A DNA stretch of 64,000 bases from a virus (Duplodnaviria > Caudoviricetes): the IMG/VR virus record IMGVR_UViG_3300020049_016424, positions 96,001 through 160,000 of that record. One strand, written 5' to 3'. The notes beneath the pieces were generated by a model that was not told the origin of the DNA, did no database searches, and saw nothing but the letters and a program-made list of their open reading frames with translations. Positions 55,483 to 64,000 of the stretch are shown piece by piece; within the stretch, counting starts at the first letter, position 1, and every line of letters starts with the position of its first letter. Both the position numbers and the translations under genes were made by a program.

Positions 55483-56955
55483 ATGCCTGACCATACCCCG
55501 ACGACAGCGACCACGACCCAAGGCCGGACGAAGTTCGGCGGCATGGGCCAGGTCTACGGCCCTCCCGAGTTCGGAACCATCAGCGCCGTGGCGCCGAATA
55601 CGTATACGTACTCGGTGCGCACGATGTCTGGCCGTGCACTGCCGGGCGTGCCCCGCAAACGCATGTCGCCGTCCGACCTCGCGCTGCTCCCGGTCGGAAC
55701 CACGGTCATCGTGCGGTACGACATCGGCATGCCGTACATCGACGGCGTGCTCGATCAGCCGGCGACGCTCTCGACGACGCCAGGCATCCCCGCCACGGAG
55801 TCTGCGCCGCCTTTGAACCCTGCGGACACCTACGATCTCGGCAACCACCGCGCGCCACACGAACCGAACGACCTGCTCGGAGGCGACCACCTGCTCGGAA
55901 ACATGTCAGGTGTGCGGGTCGGCGCCCTAGCGGGCGGCGTAGCGCTGCTCCGAGCTTCTGGTGGCGCTCAGATCCGAGCACACGCCCTGAACGACCTCAT
56001 CGAGATGGTGAGCCGGAACTACCGCCACATCACCGACATGGGCTTCTTCGAGGTCAAGAACGACGGCGGCCGCGTCAGCATGAAGTTCCGGGGCGCGTCC
56101 GACCAGACGAACGAGGCGGGCGCCGACGAAGAGCACTGGACCATTCGCATGGACCTCGGCGCCGCAGGAGATCTCTTCAACTTCGAGCTCACGACGCCCC
56201 AGGGTGCAACGCTCTTCAAGCTCCACGTCGACAGCAACGGCCGCTGCGAGCTCTTCGGCCTGGACGGTGTGATCATCCAGTCCGGCGCGCAGAACGGCGA
56301 AGAAGCCGTCAGCGAAGCAGGCGGAGACACGCGGGATACCGTCCAGGGCAACCGCACCGAAACGACGAAGGGGAGCTCCACCGAGGAAGTCTCGGGGGAC
56401 CTCACGAGCTCCGTTGACGGCGTGCGTAGCGTCACGACCAGCAGCGACGTCGTCACCGTCACCGGGCGCGATCTCGGAGTCACCGTCGCCCGAAATGTCA
56501 GCGCTGTCGTCGGAGGCGACCCCACGTCCCCCACCACGCCGGCCGTTCGCGCAGAGGTGCGCGGCGGCGACGTCGAGCTCTCGCTCGGACAACCCACGAC
56601 ACCGAACCCTGGCATCAAGATCAACACGCAGAAGGGCGGCCTGAAGTTCGACTCACGCCTGGGAGGCAACGTCGAGCTCACCTCTTCGCTCGGGACCATG
56701 AAGGGAACCTTCCGCAAGGTCATCATCAACACGGCTGCGCCCGACAGCGTGATCATCGGCGGCAGCACTCTCGCCAGCCATCTCGCGAAGTTCGAAGAGC
56801 TCGAGCAGATGCTAGGCGTTCTCCTCCGTCTGCTCGACTCGCACGTGCACCCGCACCCCACGGCGCCCACGGGCCCGGTCGTCGTTCCCTTCTCGTCCAC
56901 GATCAAGCCGCTCATCGCGCGCATCAAGAGTCTGCGCGCCGGCGTCGGCGGATAG
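55483..56955 (+). CDS. Baseplate central spike (gp5/gpV-like)
   Basis: N-terminal OB-like domain, V.G beta-helix repeats, C-terminal SHVHPHPTAPTGP (HxH apex motif). Confidence 0.7.
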   Translation: MPDHTPTTATTTQGRTKFGGMGQVYGPPEFGTISAVAPNTYTYSVRTMSGRALPGVPRKRMSPSDLALLPVGTTVIVRYDIGMPYIDGVLDQPATLSTTPGIPATESAPPLNPADTYDLGNHRAPHEPNDLLGGDHLLGNMSGVRVGALAGGVALLRASGGAQIRAHALNDLIEMVSRNYRHITDMGFFEVKNDGGRVSMKFRGASDQTNEAGADEEHWTIRMDLGAAGDLFNFELTTPQGATLFKLHVDSNGRCELFGLDGVIIQSGAQNGEEAVSEAGGDTRDTVQGNRTETTKGSSTEEVSGDLTSSVDGVRSVTTSSDVVTVTGRDLGVTVARNVSAVVGGDPTSPTTPAVRAEVRGGDVELSLGQPTTPNPGIKINTQKGGLKFDSRLGGNVELTSSLGTMKGTFRKVIINTAAPDSVIIGGSTLASHLAKFEELEQMLGVLLRLLDSHVHPHPTAPTGPVVVPFSSTIKPLIARIKSLRAGVGG

Positions 56956-56969
56956 CGCTCTCACACCTA

Positions 56970-56992
56970 GAAAAAAGGCATGGCCTTCTTTC
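56970..56992. terminator. Short bidirectional terminator
   Basis: AAAAAAGGC-atg-GCCTTCTTT between convergent genes. Confidence 0.5.
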
Positions 56993-57011
56993 TGAGGACG
57001 CGAAACATGCG

Positions 57012-57338
57012 TCAGAGCGAGACGCCCTGGAGCTGTTCCGCGAGCGTCTTCGGAGGCGCCACACGCCGACGCTCGATCTTCGGCGGCTTCTTCGACGGCG
57101 GCTTCTTCGACGGCGGCGTCTTCGGGAGCGGCGCCGAAGCGCCCTCCGTGTCGGTGGCCGGAGAGGCGTCCGTCTCCGGAGCCGCGACGTCGACACGCCG
57201 GTTCTTCTTGCGACGTACCGGCGCGATCTCGGCCGAGGTCTTCGCAGCGCGTCGTGCACGGAAGACCGTGACCCCGTATTCGACGCTGCGGAGAACTGCG
57301 TAGCCGCCGAGTGCGGCACCTGCGATGATGGGAAACAT
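57012..57338 (-). CDS. Small protein with N-terminal TM and K/P-rich tail
   Basis: 108 aa; GGTAAAAG motif upstream (57385-57392). Confidence 0.6.
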   Translation of the reverse strand: MFPIIAGAALGGYAVLRSVEYGVTVFRARRAAKTSAEIAPVRRKKNRRVDVAAPETDASPATDTEGASAPLPKTPPSKKPPSKKPPKIERRRVAPPKTLAEQLQGVSL

Positions 57339-57569
57339 GGAGACCTGCTTTCGATGGTGGGGAAACTAATACCCTGGATACATCCTTTTACCGTAAACCC
57401 CCTTGTTTTTAGGACGAACCATGTGGCAAACGCCTCCCATCCTGAAGCTACTCCTGCACCTACAGCACCACGCAGCAAAGCTGCAACAAACCCGGGTTGA
57501 AGCAGAGCTCGAGGCTTTGGCCTCTCTGCTAGACTCCACGGAACCTCTCTCGAGCGAGCCTACTCCTCC

Positions 57570-59174
57570 ATGTGGCACAGCTTCGAACCCGCTGCCTTCT
57601 TTCCCGCGCCCTTCCAGCGCGCCACCCAGGCCTTCCGTGCTGCTACGGAGCTCACGACCAAGGCGCTGACCGTCACCGAACGCGCACTGCGCACGGTTCA
57701 GCGTCTGTCGCAAACACGGCCACCCTCTGTCGCCGAGGGGCTGCTGCGCCGTGCGCTCGATGAAGTCGACCAACTCGTAGGCGGCCTGACATCGAACACG
57801 CAGATGCACATGATCATCGTGCCTGTGCGGAAGCGCCGTGCAGGAAGCGGAGACCTGCCCGAGCTCGAGGTGAACCCAGGCACGCCGGCGTACACCTACG
57901 TGCAGGGAGCGCAGGCCGCGACGGGGGGCACGCAGGTCTTCTTCCGCACGCTGCTCGAGTCGGTGCAGGACCCCGGTGACCTCTCGAAGCCGGACTTCCC
58001 GTCCACCTACGCCACCGCCGGCGTATGCCTCATCGCGGGCGCCGAGACACTCTCCGATCTGCAGGTGCCGTTCCGACTCATCCAAGGGCTCTTCGCCAGC
58101 AACCTCCGGATGCCGGTCTCCGGCGCGATCCTCCCTGTCGTCGAGGGTTTGCGCGTGCGCACGGTAGCGACACGCTCAGGTACCCGGGCCATGATCACGT
58201 GGACCCCCGTTCCGCCCGTCACGAATACGCCGTTCTTCGCAGGGGACACCCTGCTCGCCAAAGAGGTCTTCATCATCCGCATCAACGCGAGCCTCACTAC
58301 GGGCTGGCGTTCATGGTCAGATCTCTTCACGCACGAGCCTTCGAGCTCCGCGACCGATCTGCCGCGCAAAGCTGGCGCCGAAGTCGTCGCCCGCATCCGC
58401 AACCACGGCTTCGTCACGAGCTACACGGACATGGCGCACACGCTCGATCCGAAGGACACGTACTACTACACCGCGTGCGTGCGCTACACCATCAACGGCG
58501 AAGTCCAGCCGATGGGTGCACTGTCGAACACGGCGCGGGTCACGCGCGTGAACCCCAGCCCGTCGACGCGCGAGGCCACGCCTCCGGACTGGTATGCGAC
58601 GCCGACGTTTGCGAAGCTCTTCCCGCCGCTCGAGCAAGCGCTGAACGCGGTGCGCTTGGCCGTGTCGCGGGCCGGGGCGCGCACCACCATCAACACCGGC
58701 ACCTCGCAGATGGTCGATGCCACGTTGCGCCAGCTGCAGCGCACGATCGCACAGTACGAAGCCACCGCCGCCGAGGTCACCGAGATCGCAGACAACCTGC
58801 AGGCGCTCACGGACGCGCCGCCGACGGGCATCCACGCGACCGTGATCAGTAAGAGCTCCGGCGGGGTGAACGGCTGGATGAGCGAACTGTCGAAGCGCCT
58901 CTCGGACACCACGGACCCGTCGCTGCCTTCGTACTCCCCGTCGTCGATGACTCTCGGCGTCGTCATCCTGGCGGGAGCTCCGACGATCTCCGGCCTCCGC
59001 GACGTGATTCGGCTCCTGCAGCTGTTTTTCGGCCGCAGCCAGGGCAACCCGCTCAAGACCATCGTCGACTCGTTCGAAGACGGCCCGTCTCCGGGTACGC
59101 CGACGACTACTGCGACCGCGCCCGTTCTAGGGTACGATGCGGCTATGCGTCCCACCCGGACGCCGCAGTGCTGA
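57570..59174 (+). CDS. Putative baseplate/tail structural protein with FN3-like region
   Basis: 534 aa; TYYYT, PPDW motif; tail module context. Confidence 0.55.
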   Translation: MWHSFEPAAFFPAPFQRATQAFRAATELTTKALTVTERALRTVQRLSQTRPPSVAEGLLRRALDEVDQLVGGLTSNTQMHMIIVPVRKRRAGSGDLPELEVNPGTPAYTYVQGAQAATGGTQVFFRTLLESVQDPGDLSKPDFPSTYATAGVCLIAGAETLSDLQVPFRLIQGLFASNLRMPVSGAILPVVEGLRVRTVATRSGTRAMITWTPVPPVTNTPFFAGDTLLAKEVFIIRINASLTTGWRSWSDLFTHEPSSSATDLPRKAGAEVVARIRNHGFVTSYTDMAHTLDPKDTYYYTACVRYTINGEVQPMGALSNTARVTRVNPSPSTREATPPDWYATPTFAKLFPPLEQALNAVRLAVSRAGARTTINTGTSQMVDATLRQLQRTIAQYEATAAEVTEIADNLQALTDAPPTGIHATVISKSSGGVNGWMSELSKRLSDTTDPSLPSYSPSSMTLGVVILAGAPTISGLRDVIRLLQLFFGRSQGNPLKTIVDSFEDGPSPGTPTTTATAPVLGYDAAMRPTRTPQC

Positions 59175-59182
59175 GGAGCAAC

Positions 59183-59515
59183 ATGACACAAGAACGGGCA
59201 TGGGGGCGCGTAGACGCGTTGAGGCGGTTCGGGCTTGGGAAGCCCGAGGCTGACTCGCTCTTCACGTCGTTCCCCATGCCTGGAGCGCGTCAGGTGGGAC
59301 AGCGGGCCGCCGAAGCGGCGGGCGCTGCAGGCGCTGCGGGCGCTGCGGGCCCGGGATTCGGCGCCCGTGCGGTCAACGCAGCCACGCGGCGGCTCACCCC
59401 CGGCAAGGGCGCGCTGCTCGGGCTCCTGGCGGGTGGCGCGCTCCTCGGTGCCCGGAAGTCGGAGCCGACGTACACCCTCAACCCCTCCTCGGGATACGCC
59501 CCGATCTACCCGTGA
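59183..59515 (+). CDS. Small Gly-rich putative virion cargo protein
   Basis: GAGGAG SD; GRVDALRRFGL; C-terminal hydrophobic helix. Confidence 0.65.
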   Translation: MTQERAWGRVDALRRFGLGKPEADSLFTSFPMPGARQVGQRAAEAAGAAGAAGAAGPGFGARAVNAATRRLTPGKGALLGLLAGGALLGARKSEPTYTLNPSSGYAPIYP

Positions 59516-59552
59516 CCCTCCGCCACCCCCTCTCACCCCTCGCAGGTTGCTG

Positions 59553-59936
59553 ATGCCCACGCTCACCGTCAAAACCACCATCACCTACGGGGACCCGGTC
59601 GCCACGGGCGTGACTCCGTGGTCGCAGCCGTTCTCGTTCTCGCTGACCTACACCGAAGAGTCGGTGAAGACGGTGCAGATCGCAGCGAGCACCGTGGACT
59701 TCCCGATCCCGCTCGACACGGTCTCGCTGCCGAAGTTCCTCTTCGTGCGCGCGATCGAAACGGGCGTCACCGTGAAGCTCGTCAGCGGCGCCGAGCAGTC
59801 GGCCACCGCCATGGCCCCACTCGATGGCTGGGTCATGGTCGCCGCGAGCGCGGGCCAGGCCATCAACTCGCTCCTCGTCTCCACTCCCGCGTTCCCGACC
59901 ACGGGAGCTCGAGTTCAGGTACTCGCCTTCGAGTGA
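59553..59936 (+). CDS. Small beta-rich structural protein
   Basis: Start set at MPTLTV. Confidence 0.6.
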   Translation: MPTLTVKTTITYGDPVATGVTPWSQPFSFSLTYTEESVKTVQIAASTVDFPIPLDTVSLPKFLFVRAIETGVTVKLVSGAEQSATAMAPLDGWVMVAASAGQAINSLLVSTPAFPTTGARVQVLAFE

Positions 59937-59944
59937 GGTAGTTC

Positions 59945-60343
59945 GTGGAAGAGATCCTCCGCACGATGCTCAGTGGAGGCCCCTTCGGCCTACTCGCGGG
60001 GGTGTTCTGGTACATGTACCGTTCTGAGAAGGACGAGTTCAAGGCGTACCGGGAAAAGACCGAGTCGACGCTGCAGCAGCTCTACACGTCGACGCACGCG
60101 GAGCACGCGCGTCTGCGCGCGGACTATGACCGCGACGAAGACCGGATGCGGGAGCTCCATGCGGCCGAACTCCGAGAGCATCGGGAGCAGATGAGCGACC
60201 TGCGAAACGCGCACGCTGCGCGTGAGCAACAGTCGATGGCTACCGTAGAGTACTTCGCCAAGGCCGCTGTCGAAGCGGTCGAAGAGCTCGGCAAGATCGC
60301 GGAAGCACTCCGGAGGGCGTATGACAGTTCACGTCGTCGATGA
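59945..60343 (+). CDS. Single-TM coiled-coil protein, possible holin-like
   Basis: N-terminal GPFGLLAGVFWY TM followed by coiled coil. Confidence 0.4.
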   Translation: MEEILRTMLSGGPFGLLAGVFWYMYRSEKDEFKAYREKTESTLQQLYTSTHAEHARLRADYDRDEDRMRELHAAELREHREQMSDLRNAHAAREQQSMATVEYFAKAAVEAVEELGKIAEALRRAYDSSRRR

Positions 60344-60689
60344 GAGCATTGCGGACGGCCAATACCAGGCCCTGCAGCTGCGCACGAACGCGAAGATCGC
60401 GCGCTACCAGGCGCGTCTCGAGCTCGCCAAACGCGGGCTGCGGGACACGCTGATCGCAGTGCGCGCCGAGAGCCCGCTCGAGGGCGCAGAGCCGTTGCCC
60501 GCGCTCTCGATGCCGCCGCCGCTGCCGATGCTCGACCGGACACGCACCTCGCGCAAGCCGGCGGTGCCTCCGGCTCTGACCGAGGCCACCGCAAAGTCGT
60601 CCGGCTGGGTGGCCAAGATCTCTTCCGAGACCGGACTTCCCGCCGTCATCCCCATCTCCGAGGAACGCCTCGGGCGCCGCAAGGGCTAG
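60321..60689 (+). CDS. Hypothetical protein
   Basis: 122 aa ORF in operon. Confidence 0.5.
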   Translation: MTVHVVDESIADGQYQALQLRTNAKIARYQARLELAKRGLRDTLIAVRAESPLEGAEPLPALSMPPPLPMLDRTRTSRKPAVPPALTEATAKSSGWVAKISSETGLPAVIPISEERLGRRKG

Positions 60690-60976
60690 GCTTTCTTCCC
60701 GCCTGAAAGCCCCGTGGTGCCTGCCATCGAGATCTGACGGCCCGCCTTCTCAGCGGGACGACGCAGGGCAGCGCCATGTCCAGCGGTATTTCGCTTCGAG
60801 CCGGGATAGCTTGGAATGATGGTGCTGAGGGGCTTGGCCCGCGCGAGCTGCCGGACGAAAGGGCCGACCGCCTGGCACTGGGGGCACGCGTCAGGCACGC
60901 CTTCCGCACCGACGACGAGCTCTTCGAAGGTGGTCTTGCAGCCTTGGCATTCGAAATCGAAGTAGCGGTAGCTCAT
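60686..60976 (-). CDS. FmdB-family zinc-ribbon protein
   Basis: YFDFECQGCKTTFEEL...CPQC. Confidence 0.75.
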   Translation of the reverse strand: MSYRYFDFECQGCKTTFEELVVGAEGVPDACPQCQAVGPFVRQLARAKPLSTIIPSYPGSKRNTAGHGAALRRPAEKAGRQISMAGTTGLSGGKKA

Positions 60977-60978
60977 GA

Positions 60979-61341
60979 TTACCTGCTCCGGGTACGGTAC
61001 TGCCGGGCGATGCCGGGGGGTTTGCTGAAGGGGTCGTCCGGCGGCTCGAAGCTACCGTCGTATTCGCTGCGCAGCGCCTGGTACTTGTCGCTCAGGTCTG
61101 CGAGTAGCTCGGCAGCGTCATTCGCGTCGTAGAGCGACAGGTGCCCGCTAATGCGGGTCTTGCCGTCTGCGAGGAGTTGCGCCGTGCCTACCCGCATCGA
61201 GTAGTAGGGCGCACCTCCGCGCGGGTTCGCGCGACTCGAGACCTGCGCCATGACGCGGCGAAGCACCCGGGTTTCGATCACCGCCCAGCTCATCGGGGGG
61301 CGATCTTCGGGATCGGGGTCGAGAGGCCCGTCGTGTGTCAT
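60979..61341 (-). CDS. Hypothetical protein
   Basis: Start set at MTHDG; minus-strand TGtTATACT upstream. Confidence 0.55.
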   Translation of the reverse strand: MTHDGPLDPDPEDRPPMSWAVIETRVLRRVMAQVSSRANPRGGAPYYSMRVGTAQLLADGKTRISGHLSLYDANDAAELLADLSDKYQALRSEYDGSFEPPDDPFSKPPGIARQYRTRSR

Positions 61342-61398
61342 CGGAGGGTCCAGGAAAGAGGAGTAGATGGGGTGAGGTGCGTGCAGTATAACAGAGAC

Positions 61399-61614
61399 AT
61401 GGATTGGCGCGGAGCAGGCAAACAAGCCGCCCTGAGCAAGCTCGGGTTCGCATCGACACACCCCCTGATGAAGGGTGTGAAGGTGTCCCCGGACGCGAAG
61501 GGCGAGACGTCTGCCGAAGAGCCCGCCCCGGCGCCTGTTGCCCGGGTGTGGCCACCTCCGCCCCACGCCACGAGCGGTACGTTGCTCAACCCCAAGGTTG
61601 CAGCTCAGACCTAA
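61399..61614 (+). CDS. Small putative virion cargo protein
   Basis: MDWRGAGKQAALSKLGF...KVAA carries both shared motifs. Confidence 0.55.
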   Translation: MDWRGAGKQAALSKLGFASTHPLMKGVKVSPDAKGETSAEEPAPAPVARVWPPPPHATSGTLLNPKVAAQT

Positions 61615-61636
61615 AAAAGAGGGACGCCTCTTTTTC
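61613..61636. terminator. Bidirectional intrinsic terminator
   Basis: AAAAAGAGG-gacg-CCTCTTTTT. Confidence 0.75.
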
Positions 61637-61641
61637 GCAAG

Positions 61642-61923
61642 TCACGAACTGTTCTTCGTGGGCTCGGTCAGCGGGGGCGGGATGCGAAACACGCCGTGTG
61701 CTTCGGCGTAGTTGCTGAGCAGACGCTGCACTTCCGGGGTCAGGTCGTCGAGCAGCGTCTTCATGTCGACCGCGCTGCACTCGCCGGGGACGAGGGCACG
61801 GACGATGAGACAGAGACCGGAGTCCGGCACGTCGGACTCGTTGAGCACGAACTTCATGTGCGCGACGGTGTTGCCCGCGCGGCGGGCGCTGTCCACACGC
61901 ACGGTGGGCTTGAAGCGGATCAT
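61642..61923 (-). CDS. Hypothetical protein
   Basis: 93 aa, typical codon usage. Confidence 0.6.
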   Translation of the reverse strand: MIRFKPTVRVDSARRAGNTVAHMKFVLNESDVPDSGLCLIVRALVPGECSAVDMKTLLDDLTPEVQRLLSNYAEAHGVFRIPPPLTEPTKNSS

Positions 61924-62180
61924 GGAACACTCTCTTTCTTTGGTGGGAGGAGAACTACGTGCTCTCCGCGGAGCTCAGGACCGCGGTCCTGAGATCAACG
62001 CAAAGCACTAGGGGCGAATCTCGAGCGCTACGTAGAGCCCGAGCGCAAGCTGTCCGAGGACGAGGAGAACCACCGCACCGAAGGTCTCGTCCATACATAG
62101 AAACGTGCAGGCCGCCCCTGTGGTGGAGGTATGCACGATACGGAGTCCTGCGCGAAAATCTTCGAGACGCTGCCGCGGGG

Positions 62181-62462
62181 TCACGGCTCCTCCTTCTCTT
62201 CGGAAGGCACCGTCGCGGGCCCTGGGGGAATCGTGATCGCCGCGAGGACGAACCAGAAGGCAGCTGCGCCCCACGCGGCTGCCTTCGCACGGTCGGCCGC
62301 GAAGCCGCACGCAAGGAGCGTTGCAGCGTACCGAATCACGTAGATTCGGAACTCCGCCCAAGACCCGCCCTGCCACACGCGCCGGAGCGCGTAGGCCCCG
62401 GGAAACAGCAGCAAGAAGGCAAGCACCGTGAGGCGGTACTCCCACTCTTCGGACAGCGTCAC
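62181..62462 (-). CDS. Small multi-TM membrane protein
   Basis: Three hydrophobic segments; GTGA overlap. Confidence 0.55.
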   Translation of the reverse strand: MTLSEEWEYRLTVLAFLLLFPGAYALRRVWQGGSWAEFRIYVIRYAATLLACGFAADRAKAAAWGAAAFWFVLAAITIPPGPATVPSEEKEEP

Positions 62463-62659
62463 GGCCCCGCGCCCTTCAGCCGGGGCCAGACGTACGCGCC
62501 CGGGATGTGAATCCGGCCGGCGTACCCCTGCGCAGTGGGCGAGAGACGGAGAGACTCCCAGGCCTCGAGCTCCGTTGCGAACGGTCCTCGAGATCGCGTT
62601 TCGGTCGAGCCGGCCCAGAACTCGAGGTCCTGGGCCGGCTTCCCCGCGTCGCTCATCAC
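62459..62659 (-). CDS. Hypothetical protein
   Basis: Translationally coupled ORF. Confidence 0.5.
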   Translation of the reverse strand: MMSDAGKPAQDLEFWAGSTETRSRGPFATELEAWESLRLSPTAQGYAGRIHIPGAYVWPRLKGAGP

Positions 62660-63000
62660 TTCGTCGCCTCGGGCGTCATGAGATCGCAGATGTCGGCCTC
62701 GGACAGGACGACGTGCCGCGTACGCGCACCGGCGAGCGCCTTCGCGGTGTCGAAGACGCGGCCGTTCGCGTGGCGCTTGACGAGCTCGGTGCTCCCGTCG
62801 GGCGCGTAGTAGAGGATCGTCGCGCGAGTGCCCGACGGCGTGAACGCGAGGATCGACGTATCGACCGGCACGTTCTCGAGGTTGAGCGCCTGCTGCGTGA
62901 CCGCCCGCATGCCGGGCACGCCGAAGGTGGCGGGCACCGGGTAGCGGAGCACGAAGAAGTGCGCCGCATGCATGTAGGTCTTGTAGTTCTTCTTGGCCAT
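62656..63000 (-). CDS. Hypothetical protein
   Basis: 114 aa, typical codon usage. Confidence 0.65.
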   Translation of the reverse strand: MAKKNYKTYMHAAHFFVLRYPVPATFGVPGMRAVTQQALNLENVPVDTSILAFTPSGTRATILYYAPDGSTELVKRHANGRVFDTAKALAGARTRHVVLSEADICDLMTPEATK

Positions 63001-63064
63001 GATGCTTGTCTTTCTTGGAACGAATCGTTGAGGTGAAGCGTTGAATGGGGCGTTGAAGGCGCGC

Positions 63065-63643
63065 TCAGAGGAGCGCTTCGAGGAGCTTCACCGCGCGGGC
63101 GACGTCGTCCTTCGACGAGATCGTCAGCGCGAGAGGCTCCGCGAGTACGGAAGCCAAGATGGTGCACCGCACGGCCGTGACGACCGGCTTGCGGGGCGCC
63201 GGCACCTGCGGCGCGAGCTCGGACGTCTCGAGCGCGGCCGTGGTGTGCGCCGGGAGTTTCGTGGTGGCACGGAACTGCGCGCGGGCGCCTTCGATTGCGG
63301 CAGTGATCTGCAGCCCGATCTTGCCCGAGCGGTCATTCGGGATGGCGCGGCTCTCCGGGGAGAGGATGCCGTGCTTGCGGCGCGCGTTACCGATGTCGTT
63401 TCCCGAGCGCCCGAAGGCAATACAGAGCCCCCACCAGGAGCAACCCAGGCTATCCGCGAGGCGCATGAAAAAGCGCGTGTCCTTGCGAGACCAGGAGTGG
63501 CCCTTCGGCAGGGCGTCGATGCGGGCGACGACCTCCGGCGTGAGCTCGGCGAACGCGCGGTCCGTGGTGAGGGCGCGGTCGGTGTGCGGGAGTGCCTGCT
63601 GCTTCGAGCTGGCGGGGGTGTTGTTGAGAACGGTGATTTTCAT
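63065..63643 (-). CDS. Hypothetical, possible HTH DNA-binding protein (putative early gene)
   Basis: WSRKD...GCSWWGLCIAFGRS..; GGTAGAAG motif upstream (63691-63698). Confidence 0.55.
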   Translation of the reverse strand: MKITVLNNTPASSKQQALPHTDRALTTDRAFAELTPEVVARIDALPKGHSWSRKDTRFFMRLADSLGCSWWGLCIAFGRSGNDIGNARRKHGILSPESRAIPNDRSGKIGLQITAAIEGARAQFRATTKLPAHTTAALETSELAPQVPAPRKPVVTAVRCTILASVLAEPLALTISSKDDVARAVKLLEALL

Positions 63644-63722
63644 GAGTATGGTCTTTCTGCTCGAGGGGATTAGAGATTCCTCGGCAAGACCTTCTACCCT
63701 CAAAACCAGGCGTTTTCGGGCA

Positions 63723-64000
63723 CTACAGCTTGCGAATCCAGGTCGCGTGGCTGAGATCTATGCCGTAGTACACCGGAGGCTCTTGTGCGGAGAACCGCGC
63801 TTCGAACTCCGCGTACGGAAACGGGGACAAGGCAGGCGTCCACCTCGGCACCGCCTGGTCGACCGTGAACACGTGCGCGGTGTGTGCCAGCGGGAAGAAC
63901 TGCTCGAACACGGACGCTCCCCCGATGATCGAGATATCCGGAGATCTCGTCGAGTTCGCAAACGACATCGCTTCCTCGATGTCCCGACAGCACACGAGCG
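63723..64000 (-). CDS. Dihydrofolate reductase (3' part; 5' end beyond window)
   Basis: IIGGASVFEQFFPLAHTAHVFTVD matches the DHFR IGG..(Y/F)..L..AD....T.(V/I) motif. Confidence 0.65.
   Translation of the reverse strand, partial: LVCCRDIEEAMSFANSTRSPDISIIGGASVFEQFFPLAHTAHVFTVDQAVPRWTPALSPFPYAEFEARFSAQEPPVYYGIDLSHATWIRKL

Noticed and set aside
57421-57669. Short ORF MWQTPPILKLL...
   Set aside because: Overlaps the 57570 gene by 100 nt with atypical codon usage; cannot be supported.
61387-61392. TATAAC as leaderless -10 for the 61399 gene
   Set aside because: Lacks the final T and is equally explained by the overlapping minus-strand TGtTATACT promoter.
1-64000. Stop-codon reassignment suggested by the phage release factor
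   Set aside because: Long genes are intact in the standard code, and TAA, TAG and TGA all end plausible genes.

Overview
High-GC segment of a large lytic tailed-phage (myovirus-like) genome in the standard genetic code; no tRNA, rRNA or CRISPR array seen. Left (1-13.2 kb, minus strand): replication/recombination module with a tandem array of small paralogues, family A DNA polymerase with a UDG-like N-terminus, two PD-(D/E)XK nucleases, an SSB-like protein, a ParB/histone-like protein and an SNF2 helicase. Middle and right (plus strand): portal, a phage multi-subunit RNA polymerase split unconventionally (beta fused to the N-half of beta', C-half of beta' 5.4 kb downstream), a second SF2 helicase, a tandem HNH endonuclease, a release-factor homologue that needs a prfB-type CTT-TGA-C +1 frameshift (missed by the ORF track), a long head module (intein-containing prohead protease, scaffold/inner-head proteins, major capsid protein), and neck, sheath, tube and baseplate genes, with small minus-strand genes interspersed and a partial DHFR at the right edge. 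Main unexplained signals: (1) the frameshift-gated release factor; (2) a pervasive K-x-A motif in head proteins and in an acidic insert of the RNAP, suggesting a virion-packaged, protease-matured RNAP; (3) a shared G-x-x-A-A-L-x-x-F-G motif in small putative virion cargo proteins; (4) two promoter classes, a non-sigma70 AAAA[C/G]-N12-14-GGTA[A/G]AAG motif before minus-strand genes and extended -10 leaderless promoters before plus-strand genes. All functional calls come from motif recognition by eye, without database searches.
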